Positions 25,293 to 37,179 of a stretch of DNA of 64,000 nt are shown here, piece after piece. Position numbers and translations under genes: made by a program. This DNA is from Eledone cirrhosa (taxonomy: Eukaryota): the NCBI GenBank assembly GCA_964016885.1, contig OZ024743.1:260648001-260712000 (forward strand), written 5' to 3'. The notes under the pieces were generated by a model. The model was given only the letters and a program-made list of their open reading frames with translations, was not told the origin of the DNA and searched no databases. Position 1 is the first letter of the stretch, and every line of letters begins with the position of its first letter.

Positions 25293-25307
25293 CATATATA
25301 TATATAC

Positions 25308-25444
<137 letters not shown>

Positions 25445-26659
25445 CGGAGGGAGAGTGAGAGAGAGAGAGAGAGACAGACAGAGAATATCTGTTGACATGA
25501 CAGTGTTGAGCTTTACATATACTGACATGTATGGTAACATTAAGAGAAACCTATCGAAAAGTGATGGTAAAGGCAAAGACCAGAAAACGTCTCGACAAAT
25601 GACAAAGCAACCATACTCTAGAATGTTCCAATGAACGCAGACACGAACATCATAACCAATCGAGCAAATACTGAGTCAAAGACCACAAAGAAAAATATGC
25701 CTTCTAAATGACGTATCACCCCATACAAATAAATGGAGAAATTATCAAAATATAAAGATCTGGAAAGAGAGATAATCCGAATGTAGATAACGAAAACAGA
25801 AACAAGCTCTTGGACATATTATGTAACCTACTGTTAATACAATAGAAATTATAACACCAACACTGCACACACCCAAGACCCGCACATTTGGCCTCGGTAA
25901 TGCAGTGACAGCTCGCAAAGAAGATTAGAATACTAATGATTTCGAATTTAGGCACAAAGCCTGAATTGGTAAAAAAATATTAAATCGACTCCAGTACATG
26001 ACTGGTGCGTTATTTTGTCGGCCTAGGAAGGATAAAAGATAGGCGTTGACTTAATAGGGCGTAAAGGGCCGTAACTCTCTGCCGCGAAGTATGGTGTCCG
26101 ACTCATTGCCCTGGCTTCTGATTTAGGCACAAGGCCAACAATTTTGGGAAGAAGAAGAAATTTGGGAAGTCAGACACATATATGTGTGTGGGTGTGTGGA
26201 TGTGAGTATTGTAGAATATTATCCGGCAAAAATGACGTGGATTATATCTGACCTTTATAGATTTATGTGTAGGGTCGATTATAGAGAGATACTTAGATAG
26301 CGATACGATAGGACTGGCCACAGTATGCCATCACAGAGTGTGAGAGAGAGGAAGATATCAAGGCACACAGTTGCTCACATTACCACTTACCAAACAAATC
26401 TACGAATCAATACAGATCGAACCTTGAGCTGAGCAAGAGTAAAACGCGCATCACTATTCATCACTACTCAATAAACGTAATGAAGACATAATAAATAGTC
26501 CTTTTTATTATATATATATATATATATATATTCATTAGTTAAGCAAAACAAGACCACAAATTTCACAAGGAAGACATTTTTAAAAGATTGTCAACATATT
26601 TTAGTTTGATGTAAGGAATGTAGAGAATAATAATAATAATATTAATAATAATAATGTCC

Positions 26660-26778
26660 GTTTACAATTGTTTCGCTACTCCATATAATATTTCTGGATC
26701 AGATGACTATATATCATTATTGATCTGGTTCAGTTGAAAATAATTAACATATTTAAAAACAGAGCGGCTCATCGGAAC
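26660..26778 (-). ncRNA. Hammerhead-like ribozyme with extended stem II (PLE3)
   Basis: GUU-CCGAUGA-GCCGCUC...about 80 nt...GAGUAGC-GAAAC-AAUU-GUA-AAC. Confidence 0.55.
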
Positions 26779-27179
26779 TTCAAAGGAATATAAATTAAAA
26801 TAAGGAGAGAATGTTACATAATATAATGTTCCATATATTCGTATTTCACTATGGTGTCCTGGTTGTATCAGTTGTCTTCCATAATCAAGCAGTATTCATC
26901 TGTCGAGGCTGCATTGTGTGAGATCTGCCTATGAGTAACAAGATGGCTGCCAAAGGACATTTTTACCTTACTAATTAGAGGGTGGTTTCAGGGGAAGTAA
27001 CTCCTCGGGAGATTAGAAATTGTGGGTAGTTTATAGTTGAGTGCTAATTTTTAAATTTTTTAATTGAGAGACAATGTAGGGAGGTAACTTATAATTATCT
27101 GAGTTAGTTATAGCTATTTAACTTATTAGCTACAAGTAAAAATGGGGCTAGATGACTATGTTGGGTCAAATATTCGATT

Positions 27180-29007
27180 GGCGAAGGAATTAGCCCTTCG
27201 ATGTTGACAGCTAATAGTTACCCCCGTTATATCGTTAATCGGTAGAGGTCGTGATAGAGTTATGTAATATGCTTCGATAATACAGAGATCACAAGATTTT
27301 CTTCGTCCATTGAACGGTTGGGCCCTAGCCACGATATCCCATTTTAGTGAGTGTTCAATGTTGCTTAATTTAAGGTTTTTAATGAGCCTAGCTAGAGATG
27401 TCGAACATCTGTAACTAGGGTCTCGGAAGGAAAAAGAGTGCGCGTTATAGCGTACCTTAAAAGGGTTAGAGGTAGACCCGATATAAGAGGTGGTATTCGA
27501 AGCAGTTTTAACAGTGCACCTATAGACTATGTTGGGTGTCAGGCAGTGTCCATTTAATGGGCATGCATTAGGGTAACGGCAGTTGCAGTTGCTTCTGCGG
27601 TTAGTGAGAGTAGGGTAGTTTAACCTAAGCGGGTGGTCAGTGCTAGAAGGATTAGATGGGGAGGTGTGCTACTAGAGTAATTATTGGTGTAGTGGCGTGG
27701 TGTATTTGATAGGGGTGGTGGTACCGCGGTGTGGGAGTTATACTGTCTTAGTTTATGATGGTTACTGAATGCGATGTGGCTAGCTAGGTTAGGTGTTGTG
27801 GAGAATGAGATTTTAATGTTATTTTTATTAAAGAGTTTGTAATATCTATGGTTGGGGGGGGGGTTAGATAGGATAGAGAAGAAGCGTTTAGTGGCTAGAT
27901 TAGATGAGAATGGGGGGTTAAGCCAGGTGATATTTCTAGGTCTATTCCTTCTAGGGTTCTAGTGGAGTTGGTAGGGGCCTTCCTATGGTTATTATTACCT
28001 GGGGATTTGTTATTTGTCATCCCATTTCTCATTCCTATTCTAGGGTTGATTTTTAGTTTGCTACTTGGAGTGGGGAGCAGGCCGCTGCCACCATTAAACT
28101 TCCCTGTATAGGTGCTGATACTGCTAAAATTCCGGCGAATCTGGCTATATGCTAATGTATTTCTTGTTCTAGTGTTAAGTTTATTATGGTGAATTGCTGT
28201 GTTATGGCATTTAGGTATGTAGTAAATGGATTGTTCATAACCAGATTCAGAAAGAGCCTTATTATAATATTGTGCATGGTTTATAAATATCTCCTCATTT
28301 GCTGATAGCATGGAGATCCTATACGAGATAGATTTGATTACAGCTCTGATGACTGCCGGTGGGTGGTTAGAGTGTGGGCTAATATATGTGAGTATTTCAC
28401 CTGGTTTATGGTAAGGGTAATATAGGTTATTGTTGAGATCCAGGGTGACGTCTAAGAAGTTTACTACTTTATGGTTCGGCTCGATGGTGATAGATAGACC
28501 GTTATTTTTAAAGAATCTATGTAATTGTTTTCTTAGCAAACCAATGCCCCGATTAGTGCAATTGTGGACTGCAAATAGGGCGTCGTCTTTGTATATTCCG
28601 CCTTGCAAGGGTTGGATTTCTGCTCTGATGTTATGTAATAGGTAAATTCCAACTAAATCGGTGATTTGTGCAGAGTCACTTGAGCCCATCGTGATGTCAA
28701 AGTTGTCTGTTCTATCTTTTCTAGTCCAGAGTGCTCCGTTGAATTCAATGATAGTCTGCCTAGCCATAAGTATGATGTTAATCTCATTATTGATTATGTC
28801 CGAGTTGGTGCTGGCTAGAGTTAATGCTTTGTTGGGCAGTTCCGGGGTTATTGAAGCGTAATAGCTGTCGATGTCAAATTGGATGAACCTCATAGATTGC
28901 TTGGACCTTAGATCGGAGAACCATCTAATGACTTGGCCGGTGTTGGACCACAACTTGTAGGTGATATCATCCCGTAGCCCAGGGATTATCCTATCAAGGA
29001 TGTTCTT
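27180..29007 (-). pseudogene. PLE3 RT plus GIY-YIG, 5'-truncated and frameshifted
   Basis: Motifs as listed for PLE3; the first roughly 27 aa of the listed 397-aa ORF come from the inverted arm. Confidence 0.85.
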
Positions 29008-29381
29008 ACTGAACCAGATCAATAATGATATATAGTCATCTGATCCAGAAATATTATATGGAGTAGCGAAACAATTGTAAACGGACATTATTATTATTAA
29101 TATTATTATTATTATTCTCTACATTCCTTACATCAAACTAAAATATGTTGACAATCTTTTAAAAATGTCTTCCTTGTGAAATTTGTGGTCTTGTTTCGCT
29201 TAACTAATGAATATTTCCAGCTCTGCGCGCTTAACTTCTGCATGAACCCAGCCACATAGCTGCTTTCTACTGCATATTGCACACTGAGCACATGCTTTTA
29301 CGCTTTGGCTTCTAACTAATTCACCAATCTCTCCTCTCCTATCTCCATCTCTCTCTTTAAGATTGGTTACTCTTGAACTAA

Positions 29382-29421
<40 letters not shown>

Positions 29422-29755
29422 CCAAGTAAATTAGTGTCGAACCTGAAGATGTATACATTATACCGTATCTCTCCTTTTTTATAGTATATATGTATATATA
29501 TATATATATATGTGTGTGTATATATAAATATAATTATAAATTCAGCGAGAATCGCATTTCGGCAGGTAGAAAAAGCGAAACGTAACGGAAATTCCGAGTC
29601 ATGCAGGCAAGCGCTCCATAGTCTAAAAGACTAGAGCAATAAACATATGTTATAAAGGCCATACAAACTGAGAAGGCGGTCAAGAAGCTATAGACCACTT
29701 AAGCCAAAAAACAAGTCAAGCTAAACAGGTCAGACAAAATAAATGACATAATCAT

Positions 29756-29848
<93 letters not shown>

Positions 29849-30240
29849 CAGATAGATATAACAAACCTGGACCCCTGGAATTGATGGTAAAATCCAGTAC
29901 AGGGTTTCTGCGACACCTAAATCAATATTACTTTCTGCTTAAAACAATAAGCTTTTGGTATAATTGTCGAACAAGGGTTATCACGTTATCAACAGGTATT
30001 TTGTTCTGCACCAGTATTGTGGATGACAGAGTGCTCCGTAAAAGCACATGTGTAAATCACAGGGGAAAACCCCCAGATTTTGCAAATGAATTCAGTATGT
30101 GTAAATCATGCAAAAAATTGCATAAATAGCACAAATCGAATAAGCACTCAACCGAGTAGTTTTTATACAATTAATATGTCAATAGAATTATTAACATGTT
30201 AATTGTAAGACTCGGGAGATTAATACAAATATAAATTATT

Positions 30241-30386
<146 letters not shown>

Positions 30387-30788
30387 GAGAGGGAGAAAGA
30401 GAGAGAGGAGAGAGAAGCTGTATGATCTATTATATAACTAGCGATTAAATAGAACCATGAATGAATAAATGTAATGCGTAGAAATGTTATTGCAACACGT
30501 GCAATATTAAGGTAACATACGTTTACGATTGTTGATTCTGTATCTGTGGACCTATAGAGAGTATGTATTACCAATTGACTTGCAACATGTGTGACTCTAT
30601 TGCAGTTGTTTACGAGGAGAAAACAATCACATCAACGCTGGCGAAAGCTACGAAAACCCCTGCTACGACAATTCAGTACACACAAGCACACACATACACA
30701 CAAACACACACATAAACACATACCAGAAAAACATACATGCATACACATAGATCCATATATATGTATATACATATATACACACACACAT

Positions 30789-31554
30789 TGATTCTTTTTG
30801 AATTGAGTTTGAATTATTTTTCCCACATCTTACGTTAACTATTTTCCCATTTTGACGCTATAGTCACTTATATATTATGGAATACTGTTGGCTTCTTGCT
30901 GCAATAATTTCTATACTTTACATTTATATATCTATACTCGGATTTCTTTCCTAGAGTGCTTAAATTATTTGTGACTAATCCCAGTATTTAAAAAAAAAAC
31001 CGCGATAATATTGCTTTTTGCTGAACTCCTTATTGTAGAGTTTTTTTCGGAATGTTTTTGACTGTTGTTTCATGTAAACAAACATTCGTCTCATTCTGAC
31101 GTCACCAGCCCTGTTTTTCCACATGTGTGTTTTATTTTCATAATCACGCATGATGTTAAACTAGCCTGCTTTTAAATTCCCTTTTTGGCATATTAATCAG
31201 TGAGATTTTGGTTATCGTGTTGAGCTCTGCTGAGGATCGAATTCCAACCGTGATCATCCTCACTGAAAGTTTTCGTGAAATAGTCTTTGCAAGACTATAC
31301 AGAGCGTTTGTAGTTGTTCCAAATTGAAGAATGAGTATTTTATACTTTATTTTATCATGAGTTAAGGCTCTATTGATTTTTCCCTGGATTTCACTAAATT
31401 CTGTTGGATAAATCTATATCCTGATTCTTTTTGAATTGAGTTTGAATTATTTTAACCACATCTTACGTTAACTATTTTCCCATTTTGACGCTATAGTCAC
31501 TTATATATTATAGAATACCGTTGGCTTCTTGCTGCAATAATTTCTATACTTTTC

Positions 31555-31562
<8 letters not shown>
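30789..31562 (+). mobile_element. Retrozyme-like element R1: 633-bp unit plus about 140-bp terminal direct repeat, internal HHR
   Basis: 30789-30930 is repeated at 31422-31562; HHR at 31224-31305; no ORF; ends in (TA)n. Confidence 0.75.
31224..31305 (+). ncRNA. Type I hammerhead ribozyme (R1)
   Basis: GCUCUG-CUGAGGA-U-CGAA...UUCG-U-GAAA-UAGUCUU(UGC)AAGACUA-UA-CAGAGC. Confidence 0.75.
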
Positions 31563-31615
<53 letters not shown>

Positions 31616-31618
<3 letters not shown>

Positions 31619-31835
31619 TTGTTTTGCAAGGCTTTTGATATGAAATCGTGTGTCGAAACAAATATTGTTATACTTGGGGAGGGTCATATTGTAATAATAT
31701 TGCCAGAAATAATAACAGAACACACTCACTGTTTGGTTGGATTTCGCTTCTTTATCTTTTATATCTCCATAGTTAATTTATTTGGCAATCAATGTTTATC
31801 ATTGATTGACTAACGGTTAAAAATACAGTTCTAAA
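31616..31835 (-). mobile_element. Solo 3'-terminal fragment of the PLE1/PLE4 family, including the tail
   Basis: TGAAATCGTGTGTCGAAACA.ATATTGTTATACTTGGGGAGGGTCAT...AACAGAACACACTCACTGTTTGGTTGG matches the reverse complement of about 53880-54105. Confidence 0.85.
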
Positions 31836-31864
31836 TATATAACTCCTATATAACTCCTATATAA

Positions 31865-32399
31865 TTCCTAACTCAATATATACCTTTGATATATTCGGCT
31901 CCGTTAATTTGTTGAGCTATTTCAAATGTCGAATAAACCTGGCTGCTATTTTTTTAGTCGTGTGGGTTTGTGAGACGCGCTAGGACGCCATGTGCGCTAT
32001 TATTATTATATATGGCACACTGTTCAGTTTCTTAATATACTTAGAAGTGTCTAGAATAATTTATCACCCACTGATGAGCATAAATTGGTAATTCTATTCA
32101 CAATTAACATTGCGAAACGACAAGTTGTCTGGGTGATCGGTAGTTACCACAATTCCGGTTTGTATTTATTTTCTTGATTTTTTTCTTAAATTGAGACAAG
32201 CAAACCCAATTGTCTGTAGTTAGTATTCTTTCCATCTTAGCGAATCTGGTCCCTTACGATTTGAACACATATATGTATATATCTGTGTTCGTTTTTCTTT
32301 TATATTCTATTATAATAAACGGCTCTGAAATATCTCTTTCTTAGAGCTATTTTGTTGTAAGAGACTATCTTGAGTTCCTAACTCAATATATACCTTTGA
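31865..32399 (+). mobile_element. Retrozyme-like element R2: 510-bp unit plus 25-bp terminal direct repeat, internal HHR
   Basis: TTCCTAACTCAATATATACCTTTGA at 31865 and 32375; HHR at 32063-32137. Confidence 0.7.
32063..32137 (+). ncRNA. Canonical type I hammerhead ribozyme (R2), GUC site, predicted cleavage after 32129
   Basis: AUCACCCA-CUGAUGA-GCA...UGC-GAAAC-GAC(AA)GUU-GUC-UGGGUGAU; 8-bp stem I and complete core. Confidence 0.88.
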
Positions 32400-32400
32400 G

Positions 32401-32429
<29 letters not shown>

Positions 32430-32433
<4 letters not shown>

Positions 32434-33013
32434 AGTATATATACGTAAATACATATATGTATACAGACGTATAGTAATATGTATATATATACATACATGA
32501 ACACATATATATATGTACGTATGGTTTTACCGAGCATTTATTATAATGCTGGGTTTGTTTGTAAACTCACATCCCGAATTAAGCCGTACGGTGTTTGGCA
32601 ACCATCGTTGCCTTTTGTTCAACAGTGACAAAGGAACGATGTACTAGTTTCAAGCTTATTAGCTATCGTCAGCACGGTATACTTTCCTGCCAGATGATTG
32701 AACGTCTGAAAGTATATACTTTCCTTATGCATATTAACGGCTGAGCAGCCTAATTTGCATATCTAGTGAGTTAATCAGCCGGGCGCACCGAAAACGATAA
32801 ATGGAAAAAATGAAACGAAATTTCATTTCTCACTCTTAGTACGGCTGTTACTTAATTATAAGTATGTATACGTACATACATATATGTATACAGACGTACA
32901 GTAGTATGTATATATATACATAAATGCACATATATATATGTACGTATGGATTTACCGAGCATTTCTTATAATGCTCGGTTTGTTTGTAAACAAACATCCC
33001 GAATTAAGCCGTA
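32430..33013 (-). mobile_element. Retrozyme-like element R3: about 425-bp unit plus about 157-bp direct repeat, internal HHR
   Basis: 32430-32588 is repeated with divergence at 32857-33013; HHR at 32637-32676; a related fragment lies in opposite orientation at about 15780-15895. Confidence 0.7.
32637..32676 (-). ncRNA. Minimal hammerhead ribozyme (R3)
   Basis: CGUG-CUGACGA-U-AGCU(AAUA)AGCU-U-GAAA-CUAG-UA-CAUCG; palindromic CUAG in stem III. Confidence 0.72.
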
Positions 33014-33130
33014 TATTTTTTTTTTTATTATCATTATTTTCACTATTTGTACAAATATGCAACTTAACAATATTCTGCATATCCGCAATTGACAATGCAT
33101 TTAATGCTGAAACCGGTATTGTAAATAAAT

Positions 33131-33250
33131 TAATTGTTTCTGCGTTAGGCACAAGGCCAGCAATTACCCAGTGCATTACTGGTACTTTATTTTATCGACC
33201 CCGTAAGGATGAAAGGCAAAGTTAACCTCGGCGGGATTTGAACTCAGAAT
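33131..33250 (-). mobile_element. 5'-truncated copy of the (ATT)n-tailed SINE
   Basis: Nearly identical to the reverse complement of 46417-46536. Confidence 0.88.
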
Positions 33251-33386
33251 TCAAATTTCACTAAAAAAATCTCTTCAAAAATGTCTACAGAAAAAATCTT
33301 TTTCCTTTCTACTATTTGTTTATATATATATATATTAATAAAAATAATGAATAAAAACAAAGAAACTGTTCCTTATATTAAAAATT

Positions 33387-33529
33387 CATCATTTTACCAT
33401 CGTTTCTAGGATATATATGTTATATGTGTGTATTGGTATGTATATCATATAGATCTATGTAATAATTTTACAAACTATCAGAGGGAATATACATACCTAT
33501 ACATATATATGCTGTCTTCAGAAATAATG
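33387..33529 (-). ncRNA. Hammerhead ribozyme with very long stem II (PLE5)
   Basis: CAUUAUUU-CUGAAGA-[about 110-nt hairpin with AUAUAUAUGU/ACAUAUAUAU and GGUAUGUAUAU/AUAUACAUACC]-GAAAC-GAUG-GUA-AAAUGAUG; base of stem II is mismatched. Confidence 0.65.
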
Positions 33530-34793
33530 ATATTTGTTTATTGAAAAAAAACAACAAAGATTTAATATAATAGGTCTGTTTGGGAACAGGTTTTGAATTG
33601 ACCAATAGAAAAGTAGTAAGGGGTCAAGTTGATAGAATAGTAGTAGTAGAAATTTAATTTAGGGGTAGAGGAATGCAGACTTCAGTTTAGAATGGAAAGA
33701 GTATTTTGAATGAAAAGATTACTTTGGGGATGAAAATAGGTCAAGTCGGTGAAAGGTACACGAAAATTTGATGTTATTAAAGAATAATGCTAATGTTAAA
33801 ATCTAAGGAGAATAAAATTTTACGATAAATGTGTTAGTGAAAAATATCAAACTTATTTAAAAACATAAGGAATTTAGATCTATAAAAATAAATTAAATTA
33901 ATTTAATTGCTAGGTATATTTATAGGGATAAATTTATATTAATTCATATAGATATGATAAATAAGAGTTAGATGTTATTAAAGAATGTTGTTAAAAACGA
34001 AGGAAAACATTTTTTTTTGGGGGGGGGGGGGGTTAAATGTATTAGTGAGAAATGACAAGCTTATATAGATTACAAGGAATTTAGATTCATAACAGGAAAT
34101 TAAAATAATTTATATGTATACTTATTGGTATAAATTTTAGGAAAAGATAGCTGTAAAAGGGAAATAAAATTATGCAGTTCTTAGTAGTAGAATATTAATT
34201 ATAGGTTAACTAATTTTAAAAAAGTAATTATAATAATTTGTAAAATATAAGTGTATATTAATTAGGCTTATAATATTTGAAAGTTTTTCTAATTCTATGA
34301 TTGCACGATATAATTAATTCTTGTCGCTTATTTAATAGGATATCCTTAGATTTCATTATTTCAAAAAGTTCCTGGGAACATAATCTACATTCATATCTAT
34401 TATTTTGATAAGGGGTGGCCCTTTTGAGCACACTCCAGGTCAGGTTATAATCGATATTCTTTTTTCTATAATTATTAATTATATCAGCTAACGATGTTGT
34501 ATTAGCTAATGCGGCATTTTTAAAACTGTGTTTGTGGGTATTAAATCTTACTTTACATTTCTAACCTTTCATCTAACCAGGATATATTCGATAAAAATGC
34601 GACCTTTTATAACGAAGCTTTAGCTAGAAGCGGCCACAAAAACAAATTAGTATATATACCTTGCACCAATAATACTACAAACATACAACCCAATATTACC
34701 AACAAACACCAAATGAAATATACACACCTAAATGCCACTCACACTATGCCCCAAAAATACCAACTTAAAACTTAATTTCTCTACCTCTTCTAA

Positions 34794-35707
34794 TCTATAT
34801 ATATAAAACTGTGGTTGTCTGTCTGTCTATCGATTTTTGGCACACATCTCCTCTTAGAATCTCTCACGGAATTGCACCGAAATTGCTATACTTGTACATT
34901 GAGCGCTAGCGAAGACATCGGAAAAAAAAAATTTCAAATTCACCCACCCTATGTGACGAAATCGAATATAATGTATCGATTTTTGAGCGTAAGTTATCAG
35001 TTATTTCCCTTTGTTCTGTTTACATTGAGCGTCTTACGTAAAAAATTACGCTGGCTTTAACAGTTGTCGAGCCAGCAAAATATTGACCTGCAAAATTCAT
35101 CAGTTCGAACACTAAGCTTCCGTTTTGCTTCATTTCCATTTAAAAGCATTTTAAAACAATATTTTTACTTGAAAACAAGTCTATTTAAAGACTACGTAAA
35201 ACAAGCAAATATTTCGTCGTTAGGCGTGCAGACAGACAGTCGTGCAGACAGACAGTCGTGCAGAGAGGTGATATAGGCGTGCAGACAGACAGTCGTGCAG
35301 AGAGGTAATATAGGCGTGCAGACAGACAGTCGTGCAGAGAGGTGATATAGGCGTGCAGACAGACAGTCGTGCAGAGAGGTGATATAGGCGTGCAGACAAA
35401 CATAACTGATAATTTGGTTACGCTAATGTTTTTCTCTGCGTTGCAGTGTTTACATTTTCGATCTTTGTTAATAAATAACCAGTGCAGTTTCTATCCCCAG
35501 CATCCTCTTTTGTTATAACATTCGGGTTATCGTTATGTTTTCTTAACTTCATAAGGCATATTGTTGGTTGAGGGAATATTAATCAAAAACACCACATGCA
35601 AGTCTGCACAGTAGACACTACAGTTTTTAAGCCAAGAAAGAAACTTAACATTGTAACTTTAACACAGCTACTGAGCGACCCCGAGCAACGCCGGGCTTTA
35701 CTGCTAG
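34794..35707 (+). mobile_element. Non-autonomous Helitron H1 (914 bp) with internal 37-bp tandem repeats
   Basis: A|TCTATATATATAAAACTG...CCCGAGCAACGCCGGG...CTAG|T; unit TAGGCGTGCAGACAGACAGTCGTGCAGAGAGGTGATA in about 4 copies. Confidence 0.9.
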
Positions 35708-36507
35708 TATACAATATAATAACTTTCAAAAAACCATTCATCCTAATATTCCAATATATGTTAATAACAAAATTCCTAATAAACAGGCTAAAACACCTAA
35801 ATCAGTGAATCTAACTAAACATATGTGTAATAAAATCACTAATACTAATTCTCTTAGTAAACATCAGGATACATCGTATAAAAATAAAAAACAACATCGA
35901 AACCGTAATAGACGAGTTACTTGGTATAATGCTCCATTTAATCTACAAATTAAAGATAATATACCTAAAAAAATGTTTACTATCCTAGAGAAAAACTTCC
36001 CGCCAAACCATAAATACCATCAAATTTTAAATAGATCAACGGTCAAATTCTCCTACTCCACAACCAAAAATATACAACAAAATATAAGTGCCTACAATAC
36101 ATATAAATGTAAAAAAAAAACATGAATATACCACCAACACATAAAACTAACCATAATACTAAAATAAACCACAGCAAACCACCATCTCATTCACATACAA
36201 CAAGTCGAGAAAATTCCAAACCTAATTTGACTACCTCCCCTGATATAACATTCACGAAAGGTTGTAACTGTAGAAACAAAGCAAATTGGCCACTAAAAGG
36301 AAATTGCCTTATTAATTGCTTTATATAAATGTAAAATTAGCACTAAGGACCCAACTTATTCATATATAGGAGCTACTTCTAACCAATTTAAAATAAGATT
36401 TAATACCCATCGAAAAAATTTTGAATACATCTTATCTTTTCATGATATTTGGATTACATTGAGTTCTTCATATGGATTGGACACTACCGTATATTTTGGT
36501 AGATTTA

Positions 36508-36632
<125 letters not shown>

Positions 36633-36648
36633 ATACATATACATATAC

Positions 36649-36725
<77 letters not shown>

Positions 36726-37179
36726 AGGGGAGAGAGACAGACAGACACACAGACAGACAGAGAGAAAGAGAGACGGAAACAGAGACAGGCAGAGAGAGAA
36801 TTGTTAACGCAACCAGTGGAATAGGGATTCGTATATATACATATATATATATATTTACATGCCTATCAGTCTATAGTTATATATTTATGTATATTCCAAT
36901 ATATCTCTTTTCAGACAATACCAATAACAACAACAAAGGACAAAAGACATGAGCAATAGGCAGAATAATAGGTATATTGATTGAAGAAAGTCTTCTTAAT
37001 TTAGTGGATAGATGTTTGACTATGAATAAAATAAATATGGAAGGAAATTATTGTAAATGATTTAACCCAATATAAAATGAAATGTGACAATGGCAGGAGT
37101 GACAAGAGGGAGTAGGATATGTATGTATGTATGTGTGTATAATTATATTTATATATGTACGTGTGTGTGGGGAGGGGGG

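Larger units (their letters stand above)
26528..29214. mobile_element. Penelope-like element PLE3 (CNCR/CPL-type C-terminus), head-to-head inverted insertion
   Basis: Minus-strand RT (FIQFDIDSYY, TMGSSDS, IYKDDAL, FLDVTL, YHKP), a frameshift, then ITWLNPP...CNCR...CPLNGHCL...IVY...YIGST...FKVRYNAH...CDLC. Arms 26528-26734 and 29008-29214, one mismatch seen. Confidence 0.9.
33335..36409. mobile_element. Penelope-like element PLE5 with a 5' inversion, interrupted by a Helitron
   Basis: Minus 34550 to about 34280 reads RFNTHKHSFKN...LTWSVLKRATPY...CRLC..E...LLNKRQELIISCNH, then 3' UTR. Plus 34551-36409 reads ISNLSSNQDIF...FYNEAL..SG...VTWYNAPF...CNCR...[14 protein letters not shown]. Left boundary approximate. 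Confidence 0.85.

Noticed and set aside
29443-29470. CTGAAGA followed by a GTATA/TATAC hairpin
   Set aside because: No GAAA or stem I partner follows.
35221-35400. Regular 37-bp repeats resembling a CRISPR array
   Set aside because: No unique spacers; it is a minisatellite inside a Helitron in a eukaryotic genome.
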